DNA of 64,000 nucleotides from Octopus sinensis (lineage: Eukaryota): NCBI RefSeq assembly GCF_006345805.1, contig NC_043016.1, positions 17,856,001-17,920,000 on the forward strand, given 5' to 3'. The notes below the pieces were generated by a model that saw only the letters and a program-made list of their open reading frames with translations, made no database searches and was not told the origin of the DNA. This document shows positions 63,610-64,000 of this stretch, one piece after another. The position numbers and the translations under genes were made by a program. The number at the start of each line of letters is the position of its first letter. Within the stretch, counting starts at the first letter, position 1.

Positions 63610-64000
63610 GGTAGTAGAAACTTTTGCACTTTGTTCAAAATTTGGATCTTGTCTTGAGAAATAAAACTCATATACCCAGGATCTCATAATGCAGGTCCTC
63701 ATAAAGTGAGGTATTACTGTACAATGTTTCAAAAAGACTCCTATAGGATTCATTAGAATCTAGGAATATTGATATGTAGGATGCCAGGATTGGCTGAGCA
63801 CTTATTATCAAGCTTGCAGTACTTCCAAGCAACTCTTAGTTGTTGTATGTTGGTAGTATACTCTAGGTTTGTGTATATATATATATATATATATAAAAAT
63901 TAGTAGAAAAATACAAACTGGGACAAGAACGTAAAACATTTGGAAGACGATACAAAAAACACGGACGGGACATTCGAAGCCTTCAATCTTCAGTCAAGAA

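Noticed and set aside
54297-64000. Next TRPC exon (phase 1, expected G-x-I-W-x-E motif)
   Set aside because: No matching frame with an acceptor was found by eye; it probably lies beyond the window.

Overview
AT-rich, repeat-dense animal DNA. An octopod cephalopod is inferred from the tRNA-derived SINE families and microsatellite load; this was not checked against a database. One protein-coding gene is supported: a TRPC-type (TRP/TRPL/TRP-gamma-like) channel on the + strand. It has two consecutive coding exons (31525-32476 and 53954-54296) joined in phase 0 across a 21,477 bp intron; the next exon was not found in the window. The rest is mobile DNA and simple repeats: several modular tRNA-headed SINE families, R4/Dong-, CR1-, RTE- and Penelope-type retroelement relics, an L1/Tx1-like gag-only element, Tc1/mariner and pogo relics, Helitron and Helentron-type non-autonomous elements, and hAT-, piggyBac- and Merlin-like MITEs. 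Four observations stand out. (1) A shared 3' tail motif links the Tx1-like elements to a SINE subfamily that recurs at one fixed site inside its own relatives. (2) The gag-only Tx1-like element sits in a Helentron terminal repeat with a 16 bp TSD. (3) Several minimal hammerhead ribozymes occur in Penelope-type inverted repeats, one fused to a tRNA-like head. (4) A CpG-depleted domain spans about 38-58 kb. Family labels A-F are my own working names. All alignments were done by eye.
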